DNA of 64,000 nucleotides from a virus. The position numbers were made by a program, and so were the translations under genes. The first letter of the stretch is position 1. Every line of letters starts with the position of its first letter. A model generated the notes under the pieces. That model worked only from the letters and a program-made list of their open reading frames with translations. It searched no databases and was not told the origin of the DNA. Where the stretch lies: positions 96,001 to 160,000 of IMG/VR virus record IMGVR_UViG_3300025121_000776; one strand, given 5' to 3'. Of the stretch, positions 30,023 to 39,443 are shown piece after piece.

Positions 30023-30612
30023 CAAAAGGAGTTAGAGTCGAAAATAAAAAAACTTTAAGATTAATCAGTGATTTAAGGTCTCTAAATATTTCTTTTTCGA
30101 AAATTGCCGAAATTTTAAACAGACAAGAAATTAGAACTATTTATGGAAAAAAATTTGACGAATCTTTGACTTTTACAAAGTATAAACAAGCAATGAAAGA
30201 AGAAAGAGAAAACGAAGTAATTCCAACCAAATGTATTGAGTGTCAATATTATCGTGAAATGATGTTTACTCCCTGGTGCGCTCATTACCATTGGAACTGG
30301 AAGCCTACATCCAATCTTCTTATTGTTACAAAAGAGAATAGAAACGGACCGCTCCCAGAAAAATGTCCCTTTGTTTTGACCGAGAATAAAACATTGGTCT
30401 ATTTCGATATTCCAGAAAATGGAACTTTTATTCACTTAGATGAATTTATTAAGGGGGTTCACAATGGCACATTTACCGATGAAAACTGCACAGCATTCAA
30501 GTCTACAAGACAAAGAATAACTCATATACCTATTTGTCCCTCAGACGTTTTAAAAAAAGTATATAATTTATCACCGAGCTGTGTGATTTGGTTCCCGAAA
30601 CAATTAACCTAA
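30019..30612 (+). CDS. Hypothetical protein with N-terminal HTH-like segment
   Basis: SFSKIAEILNRQEIRT resembles the serine-recombinase DNA-binding HTH. Confidence 0.5.
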   Translation: MTKGVRVENKKTLRLISDLRSLNISFSKIAEILNRQEIRTIYGKKFDESLTFTKYKQAMKEERENEVIPTKCIECQYYREMMFTPWCAHYHWNWKPTSNLLIVTKENRNGPLPEKCPFVLTENKTLVYFDIPENGTFIHLDEFIKGVHNGTFTDENCTAFKSTRQRITHIPICPSDVLKKVYNLSPSCVIWFPKQLT

Positions 30613-30620
30613 AAATAATC

Positions 30621-31805
30621 ATGGAAGAAAAACAATTAATCGAAAAATTTAAAGTGGCAGGAATAGTTTCAATCAGAGACTTTCTTTTAGAAATGCAAGC
30701 AAAAGGCGAAAAAATAGCAAGAACAGAATCGGGAGACCCCTCATTCGATATCCCAGAAAATGTTAAAGTTGCAATCGAAAAAGCACTCAGAGAAAACAAA
30801 ACTCACTACACCGCAGGTGCAGGAATAAATGAGCTTAGAGATGCCATCTACGAAAAAGTTAAATACGTTAATAAAATAAACATTAACTCAAGAAATAGTG
30901 TTATGGTTACTAATGGCGCTATGAATGCTTTATATACAATATTTCACGCTATAAATAACAATGAAGGTGTTTCTATGTTAGTTCCTTCTCCTACTTGGAC
31001 AGAAACCGCACAGAATATATCAGAAGTTGGGGGAACTCCAATATATTACAATTTTAATCCATTCTCAGATGCTCCCATAGATATTGATGAGTTAGAGGTT
31101 TTGTTTAAAATATACCCCAACATCAAAGCTATGGTGATTAATTCACCTCACAATCCTACTGGAAAAATTCTTGACCTTGCTATGATTCTTAAAGTCGTTG
31201 GTTTCTGCAAAGCACACGATATCTATTTAATATCAGATGAGGCTTATGAACATATTATCTTTGATAATTTAAAGCATGTTAGTCCAGGACAATTAGACTA
31301 TGATAAAATAATTTCCATTTTTTCATTCTCTAAATCCTATGCAATGTCTGGACTCAGATTGGGATGCGCCTGCACAAACGACCCAATAATCTTAAAAAGA
31401 CTTTCTAAAATTATCCGTTGTACAATTAATGGGGTAAATTCTGTTACACAATGGGGGGGAGTATCTGCAATATTAGAAACTCCAAGTGAATACATTGAAA
31501 AGAATTTGGAAGAATATACAAAAAGAAGAGATGCAATCTATGAAGCTGCTTTAAATAATAAATATCTTGAACCAGTTAAGCCAGAAGGGACTTTTTATCT
31601 ATGGTGCAAAATCAAAAATGAATGGAAACCAGAAATCGTTGAAGATAGGGGTTGGCACATGATATTAAACCTTTTAAAGCTCGGTGCAGGAAGTGCTCCT
31701 GGTGAAGTGTTTGGTCCTGAAGGAAAAAATCATATTAGATTTTCCTTCTCATGTTCAATGGAAAATGTTTTGTTGGCTTCTGAATTACTGAATAAATTAG
31801 AATAA
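30621..31805 (+). CDS. PLP-dependent class I/II aminotransferase
   Basis: GDPSFD, HYTAGAG, NSPHNPTG, DEAYEH, SFSKSYAMSGLRLG. Confidence 0.9.
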   Translation: MEEKQLIEKFKVAGIVSIRDFLLEMQAKGEKIARTESGDPSFDIPENVKVAIEKALRENKTHYTAGAGINELRDAIYEKVKYVNKININSRNSVMVTNGAMNALYTIFHAINNNEGVSMLVPSPTWTETAQNISEVGGTPIYYNFNPFSDAPIDIDELEVLFKIYPNIKAMVINSPHNPTGKILDLAMILKVVGFCKAHDIYLISDEAYEHIIFDNLKHVSPGQLDYDKIISIFSFSKSYAMSGLRLGCACTNDPIILKRLSKIIRCTINGVNSVTQWGGVSAILETPSEYIEKNLEEYTKRRDAIYEAALNNKYLEPVKPEGTFYLWCKIKNEWKPEIVEDRGWHMILNLLKLGAGSAPGEVFGPEGKNHIRFSFSCSMENVLLASELLNKLE

Positions 31806-31807
31806 GT

Positions 31808-33351
31808 ATGGAAAAAAATAAAGCTAAATTATTTTACGAGCAAAAACAAAAAGAACACTTCGAAAAACATGGTGTTTACTTCGATACTAATTCGAAGATG
31901 GGAGAAATTATTCAAGAGTTTCATGAACAAGAAATTAAAGAATGTGACACCGTTTATGAATTTTTGTACAATAGTTGTATCCACGAAAGTGCTGCAGCAA
32001 CCATGAGTATTCACCGCACTCAAAAGGGCGCTGAGATGGCCATGGAATTTCACAAGAGCGAAGCAAAGAAAGAGTGGGATGAATATAATAAACAATGCAA
32101 AGAGGCTGGTTTATCCACATTTGAATTTAAATTTGGAACACATGAATGGTGGGGAGTTCGACCCATAAAAATTTTAGAATAGAAACTTTTTTCATTTTTT
32201 CTCGTATAATATAGAAAATATACAACAATATGAAAATTTTAGAATCTTTTAGAAATGGCTTTAAAGTTATTCCCCCTATCGCCTTTTTATGGAATGGAAT
32301 TCTGTTTATTGCATTAGCGGCTTCGGCATTTATCAATACTGAAATAACTTTTACTGCTTATGCAATAATGTCAATGTTTGCTATTCCATTTATGTTTGAA
32401 GTACTGGAAAATAAAAAGTTCGTTCACCTTTGGATGCTTATAACTTTAACATTTTGGATTGTGTTTATCTCAGTTTCACTTACTGTTCTATTTTTTTTAA
32501 TAGGTGAAACAGCCTTCTCAAAATTTAATAAAAAATTTAATAAAAAATTCTCCAAACAATGAAACTTGTAAAAGAACCAGACAAGAAATTGTTTGAATAT
32601 GCCTTTAAAAAAGAACGAAAATATACTTTTATTAATTTTAGGGGAAAACGACAAACATATCACTTAGGTCATGAAGAATTATTATCAAATGGAAAATGTC
32701 CTATTTGCGATGTTCATTTAGTTGTTTGGCATGGAACTATAGATTCTGATATATCTTGTCCATCTTGTAATAGAAAAATTGAAAAAACAAAAGAATATAA
32801 ATCTCTAAGAGAAAGTCTTAAAAATTCATTTTTTAATAGAGAACAAGAATTAAAAAAACTCAAGAAAAATTTAGAACGTGATAAAGCTCTTCTTAAGTTT
32901 ATTGAAAATAAAGTAAATTCGTTTTAACGATTGCGTGTAAAAACAGTGCGAAAAATAGTTGATAAGTTAATTTGAAAACGAACATAAATTTTTAATATTT
33001 TACATTATGAAAACACAAATAAAAAAAATTGCAAAATTAGAGGAAGAATATTTTGAATTGTACGAAAAGAAGTATGGCAAAGTAAAAATTGATAAAACTC
33101 AATATGAAAGACTAAATTTAAACGAAGGTGATTGGATATATTCCGATTATTTTAAAGAAGCCAATAAAGTAAAAAGAATACAGGGTGAATATATTGAGTT
33201 TTGCTTTGCAGAAAAGAATGGAATTAAAAGTGGCGTATTGAGTTTTGTTGAAAACAAACAAGATACTGAAACACATAGATACGCAACGTTAAAGGAAATT
33301 GAAGCGAAATTAATAAAAGAAATTCAAAATATTAAAAATTTTCAACAATGA
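31808..33351 (+). CDS. Run of four small hypothetical ORFs (31808-32182; 32230-32562 membrane; 32559-32927 CxxC Zn-ribbon; 33007-33351)
   Basis: Co-oriented ORFs in the track; third has CPICD/CPSC. Confidence 0.6.
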
Positions 33352-33393
33352 ATTATAATCGAAGCACTGAATTAGGCATGTTTTATAGCCAGT

Positions 33394-33640
33394 GTTATGC
33401 AGGCTTTAGCCCTTGCCGTTTTAATGATGCATAACGGGCACAGATAACAACAGTTTAAAACAAATTTAGATATGGAAAAAGAAACTAAAAAAATAGCAGA
33501 AAACATTGATAATGGCACTGAAAAATTATTGTTATCTGATGTTATCGGTAGTAATTGGAACACTACTGATTATGTAAATCAAAAGGTAAAAAATATCATG
33601 TGGAATACTGATAGAAAAATTAAGAATTATTACCGATAAC
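33394..33640 (+). mobile_element. Integron attC-like recombination site flanked by two mini gene cassettes
   Basis: GTTATGCA (33394) / TGCATAAC (33428) pair; TAAC-gggca-CAGATAACAA (33432-33450) pairs with TTGTTATCTG-at-GTTA (33529-33544); GTTATCGGTAGT (33541) / ATTACCGATAAC (33629) pair. Confidence 0.5.
33472..33639 (+). CDS. 55-aa ORF starting inside the attC-like loop
   Basis: MEKETKK...KLLLSDVIGSNW...NYYR*; below the ORF-track length cutoff; stop lies in the inverse core. Confidence 0.5.
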   Translation: MEKETKKIAENIDNGTEKLLLSDVIGSNWNTTDYVNQKVKNIMWNTDRKIKNYYR

Positions 33641-33746
33641 TATTATATATCAGCAATAATACCTATATTATAAAACATTCAGAGTCAACGCATAAGCATT
33701 GTGTTTTAAAGTGAATTTTTTCATTATATTTATTAAAAATTAGATA

Positions 33747-34448
33747 ATGAAAAATAGAATTATATATGTTCTTATAGGTCCACCTGCCATCGGCAAATCC
33801 ACCTGGATTAAAAACATGACAGACCCCGCAAATACCTTTGTTGTAAACAGAGATGAAATTGTAGAACAAGTGGCTGATTCTATTGGATTTACATACGATG
33901 ATTTATATGTTTACCCACCAAATGATGCAGAGATAGGGAACATAGATGAAAAATATGGGAAAGTTATAGCTTCACCAGAATATATATTTTGGAGCCCAAC
34001 TGTTTTCGATAAAGTTTTACAGGCAAATAAAAGTATAAAAAACACCTTCTATCAAAAATTAGAAGATGCAAAAAACACAAATAAAAATGTTGTTATCGAC
34101 CTTACTAATTTAAAAACAAATGAAAGATTAGATTGTCTCGATAGAGTCGGTCAGCCAGGAGATGTAAGAATTGCTGTTGTGTTTAAATTTATAAACAAAG
34201 AAAAAGTTATCAAAGCAGTAGCAAAAAAAAGAGCTGAAGCTACAAAAAGAATGGGTAAATCTAAAACTATTCCAGATTCAGCTTTTGATAGAATGATAAG
34301 CGGATACCAACCCCCAACTCCAGAAGAAAGATATGACAAAATAATTTATTCTGATACAATACCTCAACTTAAAAAATTAACTGGACTTAAAGAAGCAAAA
34401 AAAATTATCCGACAAATTATCAACGAAAAATTTAGTGAGCTATCATAG
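33747..34448 (+). CDS. P-loop kinase (AAA_33 / polynucleotide-kinase-like)
   Basis: VLIGPPAIGKSTW, VNRDEIV, VVIDLTN. Confidence 0.75.
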   Translation: MKNRIIYVLIGPPAIGKSTWIKNMTDPANTFVVNRDEIVEQVADSIGFTYDDLYVYPPNDAEIGNIDEKYGKVIASPEYIFWSPTVFDKVLQANKSIKNTFYQKLEDAKNTNKNVVIDLTNLKTNERLDCLDRVGQPGDVRIAVVFKFINKEKVIKAVAKKRAEATKRMGKSKTIPDSAFDRMISGYQPPTPEERYDKIIYSDTIPQLKKLTGLKEAKKIIRQIINEKFSELS

Positions 34449-34863
34449 CTTTGTATTTGTCATAATCAAATCCTTTAAATTTTGGGCTTTCACTATTATG
34501 ACATTTTATACAAACTTCTTTTGTCGGCATTATTAATCCACTTGCTTTACTTTTTATTTTATCTTTCATAATAACTGAAGATTTATAAATGCTTCCAGGA
34601 CCATGACAACTCTCACAAGAAACTCCTTCAGCTTTTATATTTGCTGCGGTTGAATGACATTTTACACATTTTGGATTAATTTTTTCAGCTTCACTTAATA
34701 TACTCATTGTTTTTGAGTGTTTGCTAGATTCCCATTTTGCAAATTGAGCCCCCTTAGCTGGCGAATTATGACACATTTTACATTTGGCAGCACCAACATA
34801 TTCCTGGCCATAAAAAATCAAGGAAATCAAAGATAAAACAGCAATAAAAAATAACTTTTTCAT
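34432..34863 (-). CDS. Secreted tetraheme cytochrome c (c554-like)
   Basis: Signal peptide MKKLFFIAVLSLISLIFYG; four CxxCH motifs (CKMCH, CVKCH, CESCH, CIKCH); YVGAAKC and HGPGS motifs. Confidence 0.88.
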   Translation of the reverse strand: MKKLFFIAVLSLISLIFYGQEYVGAAKCKMCHNSPAKGAQFAKWESSKHSKTMSILSEAEKINPKCVKCHSTAANIKAEGVSCESCHGPGSIYKSSVIMKDKIKSKASGLIMPTKEVCIKCHNSESPKFKGFDYDKYKAMIAH

Positions 34864-34910
34864 AAAAATATTTTTAGAGGTTTATATTATAAATCAAAAA
34901 ATATGCCAAA

Positions 34911-35453
34911 CTATAATTTGTTAAAAAATTCCCTGTGAAAATCATCATAATCTTTATCAGATAGTTTTACTATGGGATTTGCTTTTATTTCCAACGTCAC
35001 ATTTAAAGGGACATTTAATGTCTTTGCTGCAACATATCTATGGTGGCCATCTTCTAAGAAAAAATTATCTCCATCGAAACTTACATCAACTGGTTCTGAT
35101 AAATTTATTTTCCTTGCCCAGTCAGTTTGTGGCATTCCCCTACGATAATACTCATCTTGCTCAAATTTAGCCTGTGCCAAATCTTGTTTCCATTTTATTT
35201 TTAATTGATGTGGCATTAATTGTTTTACACTTTCTGGTGTAAAACCAAAGGCTGCCAAGTCAAGAGCATTATTGGAAAATCCACCGCCTCTTAAAAGTTC
35301 TTCTGAGCTATTAAATCTTTTAGCTTCATCAATCAGCATTTTCATGCCAATTAATTTATTTCTTTCTAAATCTTCTGTGTTTGGAGTTATTTTTGATTTA
35401 ACAACAATTCCAGAAAGTTCCTGTAGTCTTATTTTATATGATTCTGATAACAT
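34911..35453 (-). CDS. ParB/sulfiredoxin-fold protein
   Basis: PVDV...LEDGHHRYVAA; leader MLSESYKIRLQELSGI. Confidence 0.65.
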   Translation of the reverse strand: MLSESYKIRLQELSGIVVKSKITPNTEDLERNKLIGMKMLIDEAKRFNSSEELLRGGGFSNNALDLAAFGFTPESVKQLMPHQLKIKWKQDLAQAKFEQDEYYRRGMPQTDWARKINLSEPVDVSFDGDNFFLEDGHHRYVAAKTLNVPLNVTLEIKANPIVKLSDKDYDDFHREFFNKL

Positions 35454-36154
35454 TATTCAGCTCTCCCCAAAACTCTATCAATTGTTCTGTGTCCAGCATA
35501 ATCTGGATGCGTGGAACCCCATCCTTGAGGTGTTACTTTAAGCCCCCGTTTTTCTTTTTCTAAAGGAGAAATCATATGTTGTTTCCATTTCTCTTGATTT
35601 ACTTTTTCGGCTTCTGGAGATAATTTTCCGTGAGTAAAATCTTTAAGAGGAATCATATTGTCATCACCATTTTCATCTTGAGTAAAAATTTTCCAGGAAC
35701 CGTCAATGTTTAAGTTTGGTACTTTAGAATTTAATTCTTCAATTAAATCAAGAAATTTTTTTTCATCTGGTAATCTCCAAAATGCAATCAATTTACTGTT
35801 AAGCCAAATTCTACCATTATACTTGGTTCCAGTCATAATATCGTTTCTTGCGGTTTCCCAGATAACCTCCTTTATGTTTAGGGAATCATAATTTATAACT
35901 CCATATTTATCTTCAATTTTTTTTGCCAGTACACCAATTCTACCTGATAATTGATTATCTATAAGGTCCCAATGTGTTTCTCTTAATTTTCCAATGTATA
36001 ATTTATCCATGTAATAGAAAAAAGGCATAGCATCTTCATCATAAGACATATACTCTTTCTCAGCAAAAGAAAATCCATCTCCCACTTCAAAAAGAAGATT
36101 TATACTCTCACGTATCAACTTTCTTATTATTTTTTCGTATTCTTGCACAAACAA
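35453..36154 (-). CDS. Hypothetical late protein
   Basis: Leader IIRKLIRESINLLFE; ATATTTATT upstream. Confidence 0.65.
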   Translation of the reverse strand: MFVQEYEKIIRKLIRESINLLFEVGDGFSFAEKEYMSYDEDAMPFFYYMDKLYIGKLRETHWDLIDNQLSGRIGVLAKKIEDKYGVINYDSLNIKEVIWETARNDIMTGTKYNGRIWLNSKLIAFWRLPDEKKFLDLIEELNSKVPNLNIDGSWKIFTQDENGDDNMIPLKDFTHGKLSPEAEKVNQEKWKQHMISPLEKEKRGLKVTPQGWGSTHPDYAGHRTIDRVLGRAE

Positions 36155-36270
36155 TTTTTCTTAATAAATATGCCAAAAAATTTGTTGAAAAAATATTTTC
36201 ATTTTTTATAATCTTTCTTTGCTTTTTCGTAAAAAAGAATATATTTAATATTGATAATTAAAACCCATAA

Positions 36271-37413
36271 ATGAACTCAGAGATTTCGGGAGACCCAGAG
36301 GTTGTCCCATTCGTAGGAAAAATAAATTTATTCAAAGAAAAGTATTTTTCCCAAGCTACAGATTTGGAATGGAATAACTGGAAATGGCAATTGCAACATG
36401 CAATCAAAACTACAGAAGAATTACAACATTTTATCAAACTTACAAAAGAAGAAACAATCAAAACTGCTGGGCTTCCTCTTAAAATTACACCATATTATCT
36501 TAATTTGTTTTATAACAAAAAGCAAAATGACCCATTGAGAAAAACTATGGTGCCAACTACTCATGAACTTATAGATAGTTTCGGAGAACAAATTGACCCT
36601 CTTGGAGAAAATCACGATTCCCCAATACCTGGATTGGTTCATAGATATCCAGATAGAGTTTTAATTCTTACCACAAATGTTTGCTCTGCCAATTGTAGAT
36701 ATTGCACCCGTTCTAGAATTATTGAAAACGATAATAGTGAGCACAAAAGTGTAAATATCTATGCCATTATAAATTATATAAAGCAAAATAAACAAATTCG
36801 AGATGTTATTTTATCAGGGGGAGACCCACTTATAATGTCCGATGATAAACTTGAATTCCTTTTAAAAGAACTTAGAAATATTGGGCATGTTGAAATGATT
36901 CGTATAGGTACTAAGGTACCCTTTGTTCTTCCTCAAAGAATTACAGATGACTTGGTGAATATGATAAAAAAGTATCACCCAGTGTTTATGAGCATTCACT
37001 CAACTCACCCCAACGAGATTACCCCAGAATCCAAAGCCGCCATCTTAAAATTGGCCGATGCAGGACTTGTATTGGGAAGTCAAACTGTTTTATTAAAGGA
37101 AATAAATGATAATACTGTAACTCTTAAAAATTTATTTCACGAACTTTTAAAACTTCGTGTCAGACCTCTATATTTATATCAATGCGACCCCATAAAAGGC
37201 TCAGCTCATTTTAAAACAAAAATTGATGACGGGCTTAATATTATAAAAGGGCTAAGAGGACATACCAGCAGCTACGCTATTCCGCAATTTGTTATTGATG
37301 CTCCTGGCGGGGGAGGGAAAATTCCGATTGTGCCAAATTCAGTTGTTTCGAAAGATGAAAAATATATTTATCTTAAGAATTACGAAAACGAAGTATTTAA
37401 GTACCCACTATAA
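36271..37413 (+). CDS. kamA: KamA/EpmB-family radical SAM aminomutase (lysine 2,3-aminomutase-like)
   Basis: HRYPDRVL, CSANCRYCTR, LSGGDPL, IRIGTK, DAPGGGGKIP. Confidence 0.88.
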   Translation: MNSEISGDPEVVPFVGKINLFKEKYFSQATDLEWNNWKWQLQHAIKTTEELQHFIKLTKEETIKTAGLPLKITPYYLNLFYNKKQNDPLRKTMVPTTHELIDSFGEQIDPLGENHDSPIPGLVHRYPDRVLILTTNVCSANCRYCTRSRIIENDNSEHKSVNIYAIINYIKQNKQIRDVILSGGDPLIMSDDKLEFLLKELRNIGHVEMIRIGTKVPFVLPQRITDDLVNMIKKYHPVFMSIHSTHPNEITPESKAAILKLADAGLVLGSQTVLLKEINDNTVTLKNLFHELLKLRVRPLYLYQCDPIKGSAHFKTKIDDGLNIIKGLRGHTSSYAIPQFVIDAPGGGGKIPIVPNSVVSKDEKYIYLKNYENEVFKYPL

Positions 37414-37417
37414 AAAA

Positions 37418-37846
37418 CTAGATTTCTATGCTCATAATGATAACTTCATTTTCAAATGTAATGTGCTTGCCATTATACTTTAAAAGAATATTCATTAGCT
37501 CTTTATTAGATAGGTTATATTTTTCATTAAAATCTTTCCCATAAGTAGAATCATAATCTTTTAGATAAGCAATAAAACTTTTTTGGTTTTTTTCGTCATC
37601 TGCATGTATACTTGAAACATATAAATTAAATTGTTCTAAATCTTTCCTTAATCTCTCAAGAAAATCATTCAATGCTAAATTATCTGTTTTTATAGTTTCA
37701 CCTTTATTAAAGTTTTTATTAAGCAATAAGCCAAATTTCTCATTAAGAATAGAGAGTTTCTTTTTAATATTTTTTTTCTCTTCTTCTAACACGGTTATCC
37801 TTTGAAGTTTTTTTACCTCTTCTTTTATAAAATTTTTTAGATTCAT
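37418..37846 (-). CDS. Hypothetical late protein with capsid-targeting-like leader
   Basis: MNLKNFIKEEVKKL...LEEEK. Confidence 0.65.
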   Translation of the reverse strand: MNLKNFIKEEVKKLQRITVLEEEKKNIKKKLSILNEKFGLLLNKNFNKGETIKTDNLALNDFLERLRKDLEQFNLYVSSIHADDEKNQKSFIAYLKDYDSTYGKDFNEKYNLSNKELMNILLKYNGKHITFENEVIIMSIEI

Positions 37847-37852
37847 TATATG

Positions 37853-38350
37853 TTAATTATCATCTGTGTTAAAATCTGGCTCTGGCGCTTCACGCTCCTC
37901 CCATTGTACATTAGCAACACGTTCAAACCATTTACCAATAATATTAGTTAATTTTGTATGTAATTCTGGTGATGGGTCTCCTTCATCTCCTTTTTCTATA
38001 AGAGATTTTTCGAAATATTGTACAACTTCTTCACCAACTTCCAAACCACCCAATATGTTTAATAAAGAATCAGAAGCATAAGAATCTCCATCGTTTCCAA
38101 TAGCTTTTATATAAAAAGTTTCTAAAGTATCACCATCTTCCTCTATTTCAAAATCATCAAATTTTGGATAGTCATTTTCAACTTGATTCCAAGGAGCACT
38201 TGGGTCTGCATCTGCACCTGCAGGATAATCATAATTATTATACTCCTTTAAAAGTTTTAACTGATTTTCAATTTCATTTTTTTCACTTTCTAACAAAGTT
38301 TTCTTGTGAAGTTTTATTATTTCTTTGTTGATAAATTCCTTTATATTCAT
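37853..38350 (-). CDS. Hypothetical late protein with capsid-targeting-like leader
   Basis: MNIKEFINKEIIKL...LLESEK; N-terminus similar to the adjacent ORF. Confidence 0.65.
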   Translation of the reverse strand: MNIKEFINKEIIKLHKKTLLESEKNEIENQLKLLKEYNNYDYPAGADADPSAPWNQVENDYPKFDDFEIEEDGDTLETFYIKAIGNDGDSYASDSLLNILGGLEVGEEVVQYFEKSLIEKGDEGDPSPELHTKLTNIIGKWFERVANVQWEEREAPEPDFNTDDN

Positions 38351-38456
38351 ATTTTTATATTTTTAATAACTTAAGTCAGCGAATTCTTTTAAATTTATAC
38401 AGAATTTCTAATAAATATCTAAAAATTTTTAAGTATTTATATGAAACGAAAATCGA

Positions 38457-39296
38457 ATGGACCCAACAGGAAAATTTATAGGATATCATTGCTCTGGTTC
38501 CGATATGGAGCCAACTGACTTTAAAGGCAGCACGGTTGGCTACGCCCCCTACTACAATAATATTATCGTTAAATTACCAGAAGAACTTAAAATAAAAATT
38601 TATTCCGATATTGCCTATTTTAACCAATTAGCAGAAATTTCCGACTCCCCACAAATAAATCTTAGAAATATTCCCAAAACTATGACATCTTCTTATGACG
38701 AAGATTTAATGAATGAATTAGGAGAAATTATAGACGATGTCATTGGGGGAATTATTTTTGTTGACGAAAAAGAACCTAGAATAGAATTTGGAGCAGATTG
38801 CTATGAAGTTTTTATCAAAGGAAATAACTTCTTCTCAATTGATGATAAATTGAGCGGAGATATCCACCATTCAAAAATCTATGTATACTTCAAAGGAACA
38901 CACCCAGTTCTAAAAAAAATCAAAGAACACTCTCTAGTGGCCGAAAATATAAGAAAATATATAAGAAAAGTTTTAAATGAAGAATTTAAAAAGAAGCTAT
39001 TTAATTCTGAAGCAGACCGTGAACTATGGATTAAACTTAATGCTGAAAGACAAATCGAATGGGAAAAAAATTTAACTTACTTTGACTCTGAATTACAAAC
39101 ACATAAACCCACATTGCAAGCATTAAACCCCAGAAGCATGGAAGAGGCATTAAGAATATCAAGAAATCAATGTGAATATGATGAGAAAGAAGGTAAGCTT
39201 AGATATTCTTTAGAGGAATTACTCCTGCTTGACCAAAATGTTCTTGCAAAAATCGGCCAGAAAAGACATAAAGAAAAGAATGGATTAAAAAACTAG
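38457..39296 (+). CDS. Hypothetical late protein
   Basis: GTATTTATA upstream; internal LVAENIRKYIRKVLNEE motif. Confidence 0.65.
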   Translation: MDPTGKFIGYHCSGSDMEPTDFKGSTVGYAPYYNNIIVKLPEELKIKIYSDIAYFNQLAEISDSPQINLRNIPKTMTSSYDEDLMNELGEIIDDVIGGIIFVDEKEPRIEFGADCYEVFIKGNNFFSIDDKLSGDIHHSKIYVYFKGTHPVLKKIKEHSLVAENIRKYIRKVLNEEFKKKLFNSEADRELWIKLNAERQIEWEKNLTYFDSELQTHKPTLQALNPRSMEEALRISRNQCEYDEKEGKLRYSLEELLLLDQNVLAKIGQKRHKEKNGLKN

Positions 39297-39443
39297 TCCC
39301 GCCAAAATAAAAGTCCAAAGACCAAAGGTCTATTTCACAAAAAACAAAGTGTGATAATTTTACAACTTATTTCTATAATTATGTAAACCTTTCCATTCTT
39401 TTTATTATCATGTTTGTGCTATATAAATTAAAAAAATATAAGT

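Larger units (their letters stand above)
1687..38441. promoter_or_regulatory. Third dispersed motif (A/C/G)TATTTAT(A/T), about 10-60 nt before starts (putative late promoter)
   Basis: Plus strand 14454, 14933, 15629, 33726, 38433; minus strand 1687, 2747, 4724, 12672, 36163, 38410. Confidence 0.55.

Noticed and set aside
30019-30612. Site-specific recombinase for the cassette array
   Set aside because: Only an HTH-like segment is present; no serine or tyrosine recombinase catalytic motifs
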